A DNA stretch of 64,000 nt from Tubiluchus corallicola (lineage: Eukaryota > Animalia > Priapulida). The notes under the pieces are model-generated. The model ran no database searches and was not told the DNA's origin. It saw only the letters and a list, made by a program, of their open reading frames with translations. Both the position numbers and the translations under genes were made by a program. Of the stretch, positions 14,180 to 28,907 are shown piece after piece (position 1 is the stretch's first letter; every line of letters begins with the position of its first letter). The DNA lies in assembly GCA_030141605.1 (NCBI GenBank), contig JAQGDQ010002367.1, positions 744,001 through 808,000 on the forward strand, in the 5' to 3' direction.

Positions 14180-14795
14180 CTTTACACTTTGTTCTCTCCA
14201 CGCCAGGATGCGCATAAAGCTAAGATACCTATTCCCCTTCCAAACTATCTTGCCTTTTGCCACCATTTTTACTTCTTTCCAGGTCCTCCACCCTATACTT
14301 CTCAGTCTGCTTTGCCACTGCTTTGACTTCTTTCCAAGTCCTCCACTCTATACTTAGTCTGATTTGCCACTGCTTTGACTTCTTTCCAAGTCCTCCACCG
14401 TATACTTCTCAGTCTGCTTTGCCACTGCTTTGACTTCTTTCCAAGTCCTCCACTCTATACTTCTCAGTCTGCTTTGCCACTGCTTTGACTTCTTTCCAAG
14501 TCCTCCACTCTATACTTCTCAGTCTGCTTTGCCACTGCTTTGACTTCTTTCCAAGTCCTCCACTCTGTCTTTCTCAACCTACCGCTTTTCTTCTTCATAT
14601 TTTTCCCCTCCCCACTTTCTCTTGTGAGGCCCGGTGTCCACCCAATCGCCGTCTCACACTCGTCTGCACTTTCCCTCAGCAGCAATCCATCTTCTAAGAT
14701 CGTCACTTACTACGATCACTGGTGCCCTGTCCGCCACCTCCCGGTCAGTCACCCAATCCTGCCATCTAATCCTGAGTATCCGTCCCAGGTACTTG
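14180..14795 (-). mobile_element. RTE-type LINE 3' fragment containing an internal tandem array
   Basis: Minus-strand pieces YLGRILRIRWQDWVTDREV, AIGWTP, TWKEVKAVAK and ALCASWRGE are typical of RTE ORF C-termini. Confidence 0.75.
14271..14566. repeat. 55 bp minisatellite, about 5.5 copies
   Basis: Unit acttctttccaagtcctccactctatacttctcagtctgctttgccactgctttg repeated with few changes. Confidence 0.95.
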
Positions 14796-17017
14796 GAAGG
14801 ACAGAACAGACTGAAAATTTAAACAAGCTAACTCTGCTGCTATGCTCGCGTGGCACGTTCGTCTGCTGTTATGTTCGTTGGGGGAAATCCTTGCTTTATA
14901 TGTGAGCTAGAACAAGCACTAGAAAACAAACTTATGGTGCTCACTGTATCATAATTTCTTCAGATTGGTACATTTCTATAAAGCATATTGTATCTCACGC
15001 CCACATCGTGAAACTGAAGATTTCAAAACAATTAATCACCCATTTTGACTGATGCCATTAATGAGGTTTATTAATCATCGTCTGGGTGGTTACACCATTG
15101 CGACATACGCGACATGTTATTTAAAACCTACTTGCGTGTTAGATGTCATTGATTGTCATTGTATTGAATGTCTCACACGTTCTACTAAACCATCTGTACA
15201 GTGATTATTTACCCCATCGGTGTATGTACAGTGTGAAACCACAACAGACATTTATTATTATTCAATACTAATGTATTTCAGTCCCGTAGTGTGGTATAAG
15301 GCAATGTTTGCACGTTTTTTATTAAGCTATTTACAAATGTGAAAGTGAGATAAACTTGAGACAGAGCAAACCTAGACAATGGCAAAACTCAATCCAACCA
15401 AACCTAACCAGACCCACAAACCGTGACCAACCCTATGTTAGCCTGTTACATAATGCATCATTTTTGCTACTCGCCTGCGGAGTAACTTATAAAAAGGTCT
15501 ATTTCGCCGTGACATTGTCGTTGTTTGTTATATAGTTGCATAGTAACGTAAAATCTGTTACATAATAACAATGATTGGATTTGGTACATGGTGCAGCATT
15601 TTTTCTTAAATAATGTTGTATTGTTACATAATGACGTTTTTTTTGCATAAAGAACATGAACAAATGGGTTAATGGGGGCTGGTTCTGTTAGTAGCCTCTC
15701 CAAAGTTTATTACTGTGTGTATTCTGTGTTTATTGTAAGGTAAAAGATTAAGCGTTGGGGGAAGAGTGCAAAAAGTCAAAAGTAGCTTCATTAGATTAAG
15801 CTAAAAGTTTGTATAAATTATTTTCGGCACAAAAGGAAGTCTGCCAAACGCGCCAATAAAACCCTCAGCGAAGATAATAGCAGTTTAATACGTTGATGTA
15901 GCATATTCGTTTAAAATGGTAATAATTATTTCTTAATTATCCTAGATTAGTAGGATGTACGATACATACAGTGTGTACGATGTGAATCGGCACTCCATTG
16001 TCGCCAAATTTGCACGGTTTCTTTAAAATATATGTTGTAACGATTGCACATTGCTGTAAATGCCCATGGTTTGCCAATTCTCCACTTTAATTACATTCGA
16101 TTGATCCTATTTCGACATATCCATATTCCTATGCAGTTGGATCCATTCACATAGCATTGTAATAACAACTGGTAATTAAAGGCGGGCTTTACAAAGGTCT
16201 GGGTACGTCGGTAGCAGCTTAATTAGTAGGCAACACGATGTGTCAACTACAGGTCATAAAGAGAAACGCGATACCTAAAACAAAGTTTAATATAAGTTTA
16301 ACTGTTAAATTAAACAACCAGTAACTTAAGCGTAGAATATAACTTTGTATCAACAATATTCTTTGTTGATCTTAAAAAGTTGATTTTAATCTCCGACCGT
16401 ATAGCACGATTTTCTCAAAGAAAATATTTTTGAACATGAAAAAAGCGAGAAACTAAAAACCGCTTTTTCCTGCCGCTCTTTTAAAAAATTAATCTAATCT
16501 AATCTTTTAATCACAAATATCTAGCAACTTTCGGTGTTTTTATGCGTTGATGTACCTCACCATTCACCAGCAGACATTCAAATAAATAACAAGTTAGGCT
16601 TAAATCCCTCACTTAGTTGGGCTTGATGAAAATACGCTAATTTTCGTTCTTGTCAAAGAAGAAAAAACACTTTGGAAAATAACGACTATTGGTAGCCAAT
16701 GCGAAGTTAGACTCGGATAACGCAAGTCGATTGAAAAACCAATATTGGACCTTCAATATCCTATCACATTGTTACGCCACTGTAGGGGAACAACATATTA
16801 ACCTTATATTCCCAAAGGACGCTTTGTTAGTTATATTAGCTACATTTCAATTAGAGTAATGAATTCTGTGAAGTGCTGTTGCAGCACGTTAATACGCATC
16901 ATACGATGCACTACACAGACAAATTATAGTTTAGTAACCTGATCGAACGTTAGTCAGAGCGGTCAGAGTTTATTTACATTATAAAACACGAGTTACGAGA
17001 CTCACAATAACTCAGTT

Positions 17018-17790
17018 TTGAAGAATTCCTACTACATGCATCAACTAAATTTTCGCAGTTATATATCTAAGAAAATTATTAAAAGTAACATAATCTTTGG
17101 ATTAATTAGTAGGACCATAACTTCAGGAAGAGATGAGATAATTCGCCTACTATACAAAACTCTTGTTCGTCCTCATCTCGAATACGTCAGTCAGGTATGG
17201 GATCCTTACTATCTCAAGAGACATCCGGGCTCCCGAACAAGTACAAGCACGAGCTGTGGACATGATCATAGGTCTTGAAGGATTCTCATGCTCTCAAAAA
17301 CTGCAAAAACAAGACCTGTATCGACTTTCTGCAAGAAAACGTAGGGGAGATTTATTGAAATGTTGAAGATTCTTAAGCGATTTACTGGCATCAATGCAAA
17401 GCAGTTTTTTACATCTAATAGAAGCATTACACGTGGGCACGGTGTTAAATTGTTCAAGCATATGGTCAATACTGAAAGGTATCGGCATAGTTTTCCACAA
17501 GCTGAAGCGATAATGTGGAACTCGTTACTGCAATTATTAGTAAGCGCAAACAATGTAAATAATTTTAAACATAAACTTGATGTAGAACTCCGTGCGAGAA
17601 ACCTATTTTAATACCAGTTTGGTATATTACGAGGAGAGTAAACCAACAACGCATAACTGGAAAAGGTTGTTCTTTAGCTAGCTACTCAGTGGATGAGAGA
17701 TTGATCCAAGACACAGAAATCAAAGCTTGCTCACCGTGAAGGTGACTTGTTATTAATAATAATAATAATGATAATAATAATAATAATAAT
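17018..17790 (+). mobile_element. 5'-truncated CR1-like LINE 3' end
   Basis: LYKTLVRPHLEY..VWDPY, EQVQARA, RRGDL, TRGHGVKLFK, WNSL...FKHKLD across frameshifts; (TAA)n tail at about 17750-17790. Confidence 0.88.
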
Positions 17791-20700
17791 GTTGAATACA
17801 CTAATTCTTAGCAGAATCAATTCGCACCACTTAATTAAGAATCACCTATAATTGAAATTTTATACATGTAGTTAATTAACAATTTCTTAACTTTCACATG
17901 TAATAGCAATCCACGGATCGGGAAAATTTTAATATCAATGAGCAAGCGAGGGCCCACCTCGCAATGGCCAATCAAGTGCTTTTTTTATATTCTCAACTAA
18001 CGAGTTGATGAAAGCTACTCGTAAACACACCTGGAGAATGTATTGAAATATACTGCGAAATCTAACGTCGACTGTGCATTATTAGTATTATTTTTATTTT
18101 TTCTGCCCCACAAGATTTCTGCAAATAATTTTTTAGCAGTAAAGCACAGACATTATGATAGTGAAACGTTGTGCTTGGGCACTTCATGCAGACGTATGTC
18201 TACAAAGATTAAAAACAGATTTATTATAAGTTTCTCCAGGCCAAAAAGACTTAAGTGCCCGTTTATCAGACCTGCGTTATGCGTTTTTTATACAGTATTT
18301 GCTATTCATTTTCGGCAGGTGGAAGGCGTATACCGAATGCCAGCTAAATACAACCTTATACAATCAGGGCAATTTATGAGTGAGTAAAAAGCTTATTTAA
18401 CAAAGACGAGAGTATTCAATATTGATGTAGCAACTAGCACTACCATTAATGCACAGGCTAAAAAAGCCACATGTAGCCCAAACAGAGTTCACCAGAACAA
18501 AATACCGAAAATAAATGAACTAGCATTTTAGACTCTCAAATTTTATTGTACAAATTTTCATAAAATCAATCGTCTACATGACAAACTAACAATATTTAAC
18601 AAAGTTTGCTGACAAAAATAAACAATAGTGGTAATATGATTGCAGAGAGTAACACTATCAGATTTACAACGACAGGTGACCCTGACAGGTGCATTTAAAA
18701 GCAACAGTAAGTAAGTAAACCACAGAATAGCAATATACTACACATTATATGCACTATATTGTTATTCTGTGCAGCTAACATAATTTTTAGCCAAGTTAGC
18801 CATGAACTTTATGGTAGATCAGGTGTGAATTCCCCCAATATTTAGTCATTTAAAAGCAACAGTACGTAATAATAAGCCACAAAATAGCAATATATTACAC
18901 AATACAATTATGGGGTATTCTGGGAGAAGTAATGAATACTACTTGGTATGTTAGGAAGAGAGTAAATCAACAACGAACAACTGGACAAGATATTAAATTG
19001 AGCTAATGCAAATTTCATACACTCATAGACACGCTAAATTTGCAAATAAAATTACAAGGCAGGTCAGTATGTCTGTATGATGAGTTAACACAATAAGGTA
19101 TAATTAACTAAAGTACACTTTTCGCATTTTTGTATGGTCTTGTTCATAAAGAACAGAAAACTGACACACAGGTTGTAAATTTGTATTTAAAAACTATTTT
19201 ACTAAACGCAGGTAAAGGTGGGTGCACATCTTGCATTAATAAAACCAGTTCGACAATATAATTTGCTAGTATCTTTCAGTGAATACAAATGTAAAGTCAC
19301 CATGGTAACAACAGATTCAAGAAAATACTATTACAGCAAGGCAACACATTATCATTATATTGTGATCTGTCTGGCAAGTAAACTATTAGGTAATATAATA
19401 ACAATGTACTGATATTTAGCCAGATGTCAAGCAGCAAATATGCAGAGCTGACCAGCTCTACGAGTATGTGGATAGCACAGCCATCAAGATTAACCAGATA
19501 ATCACAGCACTGTCACTGTAGCAAAATATATAGCATAGCATGCAAAGCAGTTCTTTCTAGTAATGCTTCTGTGTAATAAATTGATGGTAAGCTGAAAATG
19601 CAGGTGCCTATAAAGAAGAAACTTATAATTTTAATCTGTTTAAACTTTAAACATTAAAGCACGGATTGACAAAAAGCTGATGTTTCACACTTCAAGCTTA
19701 CACACATTGCAACCATTAATAGCAGAATAACAGCCATGAATCGTTAAACTTTAAAATCGAATTTACAAAGCCATCATCACTTTTGTCAAGCACTGCAATG
19801 GAGAATATCATCATTACATGGTTACTAAGCAATATGCAATATGTTCTTGCATCAACAAATGACAATCTGCCACTACCACATTTAACAAGCCAAACTGACA
19901 AAGACATTCTCCTGCTGACAAATGAAAACAGTTAACATAAGATGAAATGAGTTCTGCATTTAATAATGCCAAACTCAACTAATAATAATAATAATATGAC
20001 AAGTCAAATGTTACAAATTTATATAAAATATTAAAATTTGCCTGACTGACTCCAGCATTTTGAACAAAATTATAGATATGAAATTAATTATAAGATATCA
20101 GATTAAGTCTTTAAAATACTTTAATACATATAAAAAATCCCTGCAGTTTCCGGAAGAAGACAAATTTACAAATTCTCATACTTCAGTGCAAATTTACCAG
20201 TTCTGCAAAGCTAGATCACAGTGATATTTAACTTGAATGCCCACAACTATGCATCTGACGAAAATTCTGGCTAAATCATTGCTTATAAAGAAGTGTACAG
20301 GTACAGTATTAATATATCTACTCTTTACATATATTTATTGTACTATATCAGTCGTAGTAGTATATCTACCGTAAACACTTAATGCTGGTGTTGCAATTGC
20401 TGTACTTAAAAGTAACGTATAAATAAAAGTAACATGGAAATTATTTACAAATTTAATATTCAAAATTTGTAAGATAGCGAAATTGTTTACGAAGAAAAAA
20501 CCTGTACTGTCGTCACTATCTCTGTGTATTTGTAAAGCAGATTACACGAATTTCTCCACATTTTCTTAGTTATACAATGTACATGTCAATACTGAAAGGT
20601 TCAGCAGAAAGATTGACACAATATTATCACGATAGTGGACTGAACAGATGAGTTCTGTACATATAGAATTTGTCATCATTAGGTTACTATTTAGACTACA

Positions 20701-21737
20701 ATCAATCACGAACCCAGAGAGGGTAATTGGTAAATAACTGGTGAACCTAGGCAAAGAACAGTGCTCAGCAACTAAATGTTAGTTGGAGGAAACATGTATC
20801 AATACAGAAGTTACAGAACCATAGGAATCAGGAAAAAAGTTAAAGCTTAAAAATTTATAGTGATTGAAATACGAAACAACACAAAAAACTGTACAATAAA
20901 TTATTTCTCCTGGTGACATTTACACAAATTAATATGGGAAAATTTTTCAACAGTTTGATTCTCAGAAAATAACTCCAGTTAGTTGAAAATCTCCAGTTTA
21001 TGCAGACTTAACTGTTTAGAATTTCACTGGAGTGACTGTTTGTATGTTTGTATTTTGATTTGTGTCATACGATTTTCATTACGTACTATTACAGAGTTAC
21101 CATCTGTTTTTACATTTAAGTTTTAATTTTGAGTAAATCCTTTTCTTTCAAACGGCTGATTGTCATGTTATACAGTATTATATTCTTTCATACTCTAATC
21201 ACAAAATCTCTGAGTGTACAATTTCTTTTAATCTCTATCATTGACAGCATTTCACTAGTATTTTAAATTTGTACCTTAATTTTAAATTCACTGCCAACTT
21301 TATTATATTGTAACGTGTGATGAAACGTAGTGTATTGCTTGTGAGAAATAAATTATTACTATTAAGATACTGTTCATAATACTGATATTCAACTGCACAT
21401 CATAAATTCTGTAATTATTAAACTGTCTGCATATTTACACCATTTCATCTTTACTTACTCAACTAATTAGTGCAAAGCCATCCCAAATCCATAGTTACAG
21501 TACTACAGCACTACAGCCAGGGGCGGATTATGACCTTTTGGGGTCCCTAGACTTAGGAAATTATAAGGCCCCTCAGACGGAGCTACCCGCTAACTACAGC
21601 AATAGAGACAGTATTCAACTGACAATAATTAATTTTAAAACATGTAGCACCATGGTTAAAACGCAGGCACCTGCCGATGTACTTTTCGCTATACCTAGTC
21701 TGAGACATGCATGCCCACTGAGATCAGGAAAACATGT

Positions 21738-23321
21738 TCATGCATCACTGTAATACCGTTTCTTCATAGCGCGATATTTACGCAACTTGTACAGAGCTTC
21801 TAGTTCTTTCACTACATATTCACCACGCATAATCAACAGCTCGATTTGCTCAGGATCTTTAACATCTTTGTTTTTTGTAAAAGCTGCTTTTAGTCGTTCG
21901 TGAAAATATTCGGCACCTTTCGGATAATCTCGTCCGAGATAATGTAACTGAAATTATACAAAAATTTTAATAGAAAAGAACAGGTTATTTTATGGTTCTG
22001 CCTGATCTTTTCCATTTTACTATAAGGTATCAGGAAAATATGAATGTAAAATCAATTTTAAGAGAAAGAAATACAGCAAGAAAAAATCAGACCATTTGAA
22101 CAAACTGGTCACTCCATGAAACATGCCTTGCCTTTTTAATCCATTTATACAGTGGCTTAAAATAATTTCCTAAAATAGCCATCTATTACAACTGTTTAAT
22201 GAGCAATAAAATTTTTTACACTTCCAGCCAATGATGATAAGTGTGAAAAGGTCAAAGTGAACTAGACAATACATTTGTGTACACATGACAACGCCTCGCA
22301 GCAGATGCTATTGTGATAGTAACAGCTTTAACAGCTAGCTAGAAGATGATCTAGTTCATTTTTCTTGTTCCCCAAACAAGATCCTGCTAATAAATCATTC
22401 TACACAGAGACTGATGCATAACTGATGCAAGAGACGGCTTTGCTTTACACACATGTCACGTGACGATTGTAGCTAAGACGCGTTGCTGTGGTACACTTAA
22501 TCTTTAACCTACAGCAACGGTGTGCGCTCGATGAAATTGTGAAAAGCCTTATTCTATTTGCAATTTGTAATTCTATTTCTAATAGCAACAGCAGATGCAA
22601 TGACGTTAAGTAAATGCATATATTGACGATACATGCATTTGTCGCATTTCCAGATATTTTGTGCCAGAAACCAGTTAGCAGTGCAAAAGCATTAATCTAT
22701 TGGCCACCAATGATATTTCTTCAAAATCAAACATTAGCAAGCTGACATTGTATCTGGCCGAAGTGTTGAGGCATGTTTGAATGTGAATGCACACTGCCTC
22801 AACAATCCAGATGAAATCAGTATGGTGAATGAAATCTAAGATTAAAGCTGACGGTTGGCCACCTATTCATAGACTAGCTTTCACGCAGCTTTAATTGCTA
22901 ATATTCACTAAGCAGTGAGCAAACAGTCACTTTGGTCACTCCGGATCTTTCCTTGCCATATAAATCAAGATTTATTTAAAAAACCTCATCGTCTTCTTCC
23001 AAAGAAAGGAATTTTTTTAATATTTTAGGCAGGCTTTTCTGGCAGCTTTAACATCATAATGCTAATTTCTAACAATTATTCAACAACAATCAATTTTAAT
23101 GAGCTGTAGACATTAAACAAACAGAACACAACATAAATGCTTCTATATACGTTAACACAGTACCTAAATATGACATATTGTAAAGTTCATGTTACCACTT
23201 ACATCACACTAGTAGTCATAGCAGAAAATGTTATTTAAAATATGCATGGTAAAATTTTACATACATTTTTATAAAGCTGGATAACTCGACTACGAAGACT
23301 AGCATGAATTTGTGACGACAT
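21738..23321 (-). CDS. ETFRF1: LYR motif protein 5 / electron transfer flavoprotein regulatory factor 1
   Basis: Coding exons 23321-23265 ([19 protein letters not shown], gtatgt donor) and 21947-21738 (cag acceptor; [69 protein letters not shown]). The 88-aa product closely resembles human LYRM5 as I recall it. An upstream acceptor at about 23380 implies a non-coding first exon; a candidate donor lies at about 27968. Confidence 0.95.
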
Positions 23322-23520
23322 TTTTGTGCTGTTTTCACCTTAATGTGCCGTGTTGGATATGCATAAACCTAGTTTTAACCTGCAAAAACACAATAACACG
23401 AAAAAATCTTCAAAAGTTTGATTTAAGAATCGCCACGATAATTAACTATAAAAAGAAAGAAACCAATGCTCCTTGATCATAACTAATTCCCAGCAATTAG
23501 CCTAATCCAGTTTAACCCAA

Positions 23521-23745
23521 TTAGCACATGCAATGGTAGCTGGAACAAACTGAACTAATCACCACAAAAACATTATGAGAGTATTCAAAGTCCTTCAGAT
23601 TGTTAAAAAGATTTCTGATGTACACATGTTTTCTGATGTATACACCATCCTTTATATACAGCTTGCTAAAATATCTAGCGTAATCTAGAATTACGACATT
23701 TTTCGTGTCAATGAAATGACCAGTATCCCAAAAGTGTTGGGCCAA
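23521..23745 (-). mobile_element. Penelope-like element GIY-YIG C-terminal fragment
   Basis: AQHFWDTGHFIDTKNVVILD...LYIKDGVYIRK fits the PLE endonuclease tail pattern (A.H....GH.ID.....L......R.IKE...I). Confidence 0.7.
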
Positions 23746-24206
23746 CTCTTTAGCTGCCTCACTACACTAGCATTAGGATGAAACAATAAGTAGGATTTCA
23801 CCAATTTTTATCATTTATAATAGTTATTCAGAAATTATATGCTTAATAAATGTTATCTCTTCACTTAAGCTATCCTCAGAACTGCAATAACAAAGAATTA
23901 CCGAATCTCAAGATTAAAAGAAGAAAAAACACAGACATGCAGGACAGATATCAATTATGTATGCATACAATCTCACACATACAACTTAATACACATTCAT
24001 TTGTTCACACACTCACATACAATGTAATCAATTATCAGTTCTCTCATGCACACATATTGTATAAATACTCATTCAAATGAACAACACACACACACAAAAC
24101 TTCATGCACAAACACTTACTCATACAGCCACCCACAATGAATGTAATCAGTGATCCTGTCATGCACAACTCATACTCTTTATTGTAATTATGTGAGTGTG
24201 TACTAA

Positions 24207-24242
<36 letters not shown>

Positions 24243-24246
<4 letters not shown>

Positions 24247-26960
24247 TCAATGTTTTTCAAAGATATGAATCGAATTAGCAAGTTTTAAGCTGTTGGATAG
24301 TAAATTTCAAGTTTTTGGTCCAATATTAGAAATGAATTGTTTTACAACAACGGTTCTTAGCTGAATACTCTATTAATTAAATCGAGTATTATATACTTTA
24401 TTATTTATTTAAACCGGATTGTCAAAAAAGTTGGAAGTGAGTTTTAAACATAAAAATTGAAACCTTACTAATATAATATATATATTATACTATAAAAATA
24501 ATATACTAAATCATCAAATTTTAAAATTTTACAGTTTAAAAAGTGGGAGTTATTAACTTCTGCATGTTTGGGCAAATTATATAAAATCCCGATTAGATTC
24601 ATTATACTAGTGGGGTAAAGTTAAACATCCTTACCCGGTGGGGTAAGTTAGACCAAAAAATAACTGAATAATTTAAATAAGGAAATATATAAGGAAATGA
24701 ATAAGGAAAAATAAGGATATATAGTATAACCAACAAAGCAGCACATAGATTTTGACTAACACGGGAAATTGTTCCAGTGTTTTTTGCAATTTTTGTGCTA
24801 ATCATATTCATATTCCAGCTCAAATTATCATTAATTATCGCCCCAAGAAACTTAATTTGGTTAAACATGCTATTTGGCAAATTTGGAAAAAACAGTAGCA
24901 TTCTGAGAATTGAACCTTGTGGAACTCCATGGGCAATTTCTATGGGACTAGAAATAGTATTGTTACTGGTGACAGATTGTAAACGAGTAGATAAGTAACT
25001 CTGAAACCAGCCACAGACAATTCCTCCTCAAAAATAGAGTTTACTCATCAAGATATTAAGTCACAGGCTTTTGACAAGCCATGGAACACACCAGCAGTGA
25101 CAGAATTTTCCTCAATAGTATTCACAAGCTCTTTACATAGCGATACAAGTGCAAGTTCGCTAGAGCATACTTTACGAAATCCAAATTGTTTGGTGTTAAT
25201 TATACTATGCTTTTTCAAATAATTGTTTAGTTGATTGTACACACATCTCTCCAGAAGTTTAGAAAAATTGGCAAGAGTCAAAATGGTCACTAATTATACA
25301 TACAAGTTGAATCACCAGATTTAAATAAAGGCGTGACTAAAGGCTATTTCATTTTATCTGGAACTATGCCTGTACCAAGAGATAGACTGATTATGTAACT
25401 TTGCGGTGTTGTGATATATTGGATAACATCAACAATTATTTTTGGAGAAAATCTATATATATTAGAACTTTTATTTGGATTTAAATTTTTACTTGAGCTA
25501 ACTATATCATCATGAGTAACAGGTTTAAAATAAAAGGAATCTGTGTAATTCCCATAAAGAAATTGATTACATTTAACATCAGTACATTCAATTTGGTTAG
25601 CAAGTTTTGGCCCAATATTAATAAAATAATGATTAAAATTTTCAGAAATCATTTGATTATTCATTACAAATTTATTTTGGATTTTAAGCCTGATGAGTGT
25701 AGAATATTAGATTTATTCATCAATTCCTTTACAGTATTCCAATTTTTTTAGTATTTTTGGCATATAATTCAAATTTCTTTCTATAGTAATTATTTTTTGT
25801 ATGTTTTAATAAATTATTTAATTTGTTATGACATTTTTTATAGTTAGTAGTTTCTAATGTAACACGAGTTTTCATAACAAATTTATATAAACGGTATTTT
25901 GTATGACTGACTTTAATAAACCAAAAGGAATCCAAGGTTTATGGGGATATTTGAATCATTGACAATTTTTTGTTCTTTAATATGTCGTGAGTAAATACTG
26001 CTAAATTTCAGGCGAAACATGTACATACATACATGTATATTAGCATCATTATTACTTAACACATCATACCAACTAACATTACTTAAATCATGTATTAGAG
26101 CATTTTAATGTCATTATGATACACAATTTTATTGCCAGAAACATGAGTGAGTAATGGAAAACACAAATTAGTTAATAAACACACCGGTAGGTGATCAGAT
26201 ATACCTGTTAGAAGAAAACCAGATTAAAAGTCAATCTCAATTGCATTGGTAAATACGTTATCAATAAGTGTGGCAGTGTAATCTGTAACTCTTAGTAGGG
26301 CGAATTATATTTGGGAACACATATTGACATAGCATAGTATTCAAATAATATTTGATATGATCGTGTTCAGAACGGGATAGTAAATTTATACTGAAATCTC
26401 CTAAAAGAAAAATAATTTTACCACTATTATTAACATCAGTCAAAATATTGGACAATTTATCTGTAAATCTTAGAGAAGGCTGTTACCTAGTGGTCGATAT
26501 ATACATCCAAGTACCTTACTTTTATCCTTGTTACAATTAATTTCAATGAATAAAGCATCAATATCATCACCAATAACACAAAGATCATTACATTGGGTGC
26601 ACGAAATATAATCATAAATAAACAGTGCCACTCCACCCCCTTTTTTTATTTTTTCTATTCAGACACAAAAACCTATAGTTGGACAGTATAAACATATGAC
26701 CTTTTTCATTTTTTAACAAAGGTTCGGTAAGTGCGATGACAGGAAACTTAAACTTAATAATTTCCGGGTAAGCAAAAAAATGGTCGAAGTTTGCTTTGAG
26801 ACTACGAACATAAAGATGTATTAAAGTAAAAGGATTATTGGGTAATCCTTTTAGTTCTTTCATCACCCTTTTAACACTAATCAATAATTACTTTTGCGCT
26901 TTGTAATATTATTGTACGTTGTCTGTCAGGATCAATATAACCATCGTAGGGCGCAGAGTA
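24243..26960 (-). mobile_element. Decayed LINE (L2/Crack/CR1 group) with endonuclease and RT, in the inferred ETFRF1 5' intron
   Basis: Fragmented ORFs: APE motifs (IHLYVRSL, IALTE, LLGDFSINLL, TLIDNVF, SDHLPV) and RT motifs (FNHYFINIG, FSKLLER, QFGFRK, LSKACD, GVPQGSIL, KFLGAIINDNLSW). An (AT)n run at 24208-24244 may be the tail. Confidence 0.9.
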
Positions 26961-27949
26961 CGCCACTAGCCGAAGTAGGACACGTCCGCTAAAACGCATA
27001 CATGTGCTAAATTTGCAGAAAAGCAGTGTTGTACATGGACAGCCCAAGTAGGACACTGGCGATTTCTGTCGAGAATCGATAATTACAACATAATGAAACA
27101 TAAAACTAAAGTTATTTTAGAAAAAAAGTAACTTTATAATAATGATGGATAATCCTTGACAATTTACAAATGCATTTTTCACAATATATCATTATTATTA
27201 GCTCCATTAATATAATCATAACACTAAACTAAATATCTAATGCTTTAAAGCAAGAAACTATGTAGGGCACATAGCTTGCTAGCCCATTTACCTAGTAGAA
27301 ACAATTATTTGCCCAAGACTAAGAGGCAGTGAAACGTATCACCTATCTGTGAAGCGAGACAAAATAAAAAAATGATAGACTTAAACAAATGTTGGTATTA
27401 CCTAAAAGGCGAGCTTATTTTACTTCAAAAAGATTAATAGCAAAGCCAAATATAATATTGGCCGTTCTACTAGCTCAGAATAAGATCCTTTAAGACTTTA
27501 TTACCATTACTGTCAAAGGATAGAGGTTAAGCATAAATAGCTTATAAACCTCTCCACTCTTCCTTGTTTACTTTATCAATATTAAAAATACAATATTATC
27601 AGATGTATAAAAAATTATTCAACGTGTATTGACGTTTTCAATTATTATTATTAAATAAACAATGACAACTGACGCTGCCAGTACGATTAACGATTCATTT
27701 CAGGACCTGTCTCTAGTGTCCTACTTGGGCAGCCCATGTGCGACGCACCCTACTTGTGCTAGCCCATCCCAACAACCATTATTAGTTATTGTCGAAATTA
27801 AAGTCATTTTCACTGTCATCATCAAATACCTGTAAGTTGAAAGCATTATTATCCAGTAAGTTACCAAGGTTGGAAAATCTAGCAAAAAATTTAAATTGAT
27901 CCTCGTCAAGAATATGATTAAAATAAATGGATTAGCCTCCATTACATCC

Positions 27950-28500
27950 CGGAGCTTAAATTACTTACGAGTTTTCAGAGATTATTAAAAGTAAGTTACA
28001 GTGACACACCACTAAACTTTTATTTTACTACGTATTGCAGCAAGAATTAGTTAAGTTTTGATGATCATCAATTATTATGAATAAAATGTTTAAATGTTTA
28101 TCATACAAAAACCTCCAGCACGTGCAAGCTGCGTGCAAACAAGACTCTTGTTGCACCCTCTGACGGACGCAAACATAAAGTTTGCTTAAACACTGGATTT
28201 TATTTAAACTTTATTTGTTAATGTCAATAAGCTTTCAATCATAACTTGATTGCCTGCTATAATTTTTAAATTTTTGCAAAGTTTTTATGTGTCAGTTTGT
28301 TTTATTTGTACAGCTTACAAAATGCTTTCTTGCAATCACGTGACGGCAAATTAGCGTCATTGGCAACAGGTTACAGGTACTTTAATTTCTCCAGCACTGT
28401 GCGGTGAAAACTGTTTCTATATAGTATATTTAGTTTAAGCGGATTTACAAATCGTTACAATCGTATAAAATTATGTACGACTCGCCAGTTGTATTTTTCA
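27950..28500. promoter_or_regulatory. Putative bidirectional promoter for ETFRF1 and DNAI7
   Basis: Lies between the divergent genes. Contains E-box TCACGTGA (28336-28343), X-box-like GTCATTGGCAAC (28356-28367) and a minus-strand donor (ttacttac, 27961-27968). TSS positions are inferred. Confidence 0.5.
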
Positions 28501-28907
28501 GACTACACTTTGGAAAGATTCTTTTTGTATCAATGCTGTTAACAGCAGCACATTTTATAACATTAGTCCTATATAAATAAATTGCGCCGTATCAGTGTAT
28601 GAGTGTAGCATGACTTGATATATTCAGCTTCGCCATCTTTATGAACTTGATGAACATTCTGTAGCGAAATAGTTACGTAATTGGTGCACTATGGGGGTAA
28701 GAAGGTTGCGGTATGAGTTGTGTTACTGCACTTTAAATTAGTCTTGTAGTTGTAATGTAAAAAAGAACTAGCAACATATCTAATGTAAAGTCGAAGTGGT
28801 TTAGGTTTGAAATTGTTTAATTTCATTTTCTTTAATCCAGTAATTCTTACAACTGTTTTTGTACATCCTTCCATGCTATTTATGTTGTAAAGGCAATGAT
28901 CTAAGCT

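Noticed and set aside
14271-14566. CRISPR-like array
   Set aside because: No unique spacers, eukaryotic context, and the unit derives from RTE sequence.
18692-18906. Imperfect duplication of about 58 bp (catttaaaagcaacagta...)
   Set aside because: An ordinary local duplication with no further structure.
22225-22320. C/D snoRNA candidate (ATGATGA) in the ETFRF1 intron
   Set aside because: No suitably placed CTGA D box or terminal stem, and it is antisense to the host gene.
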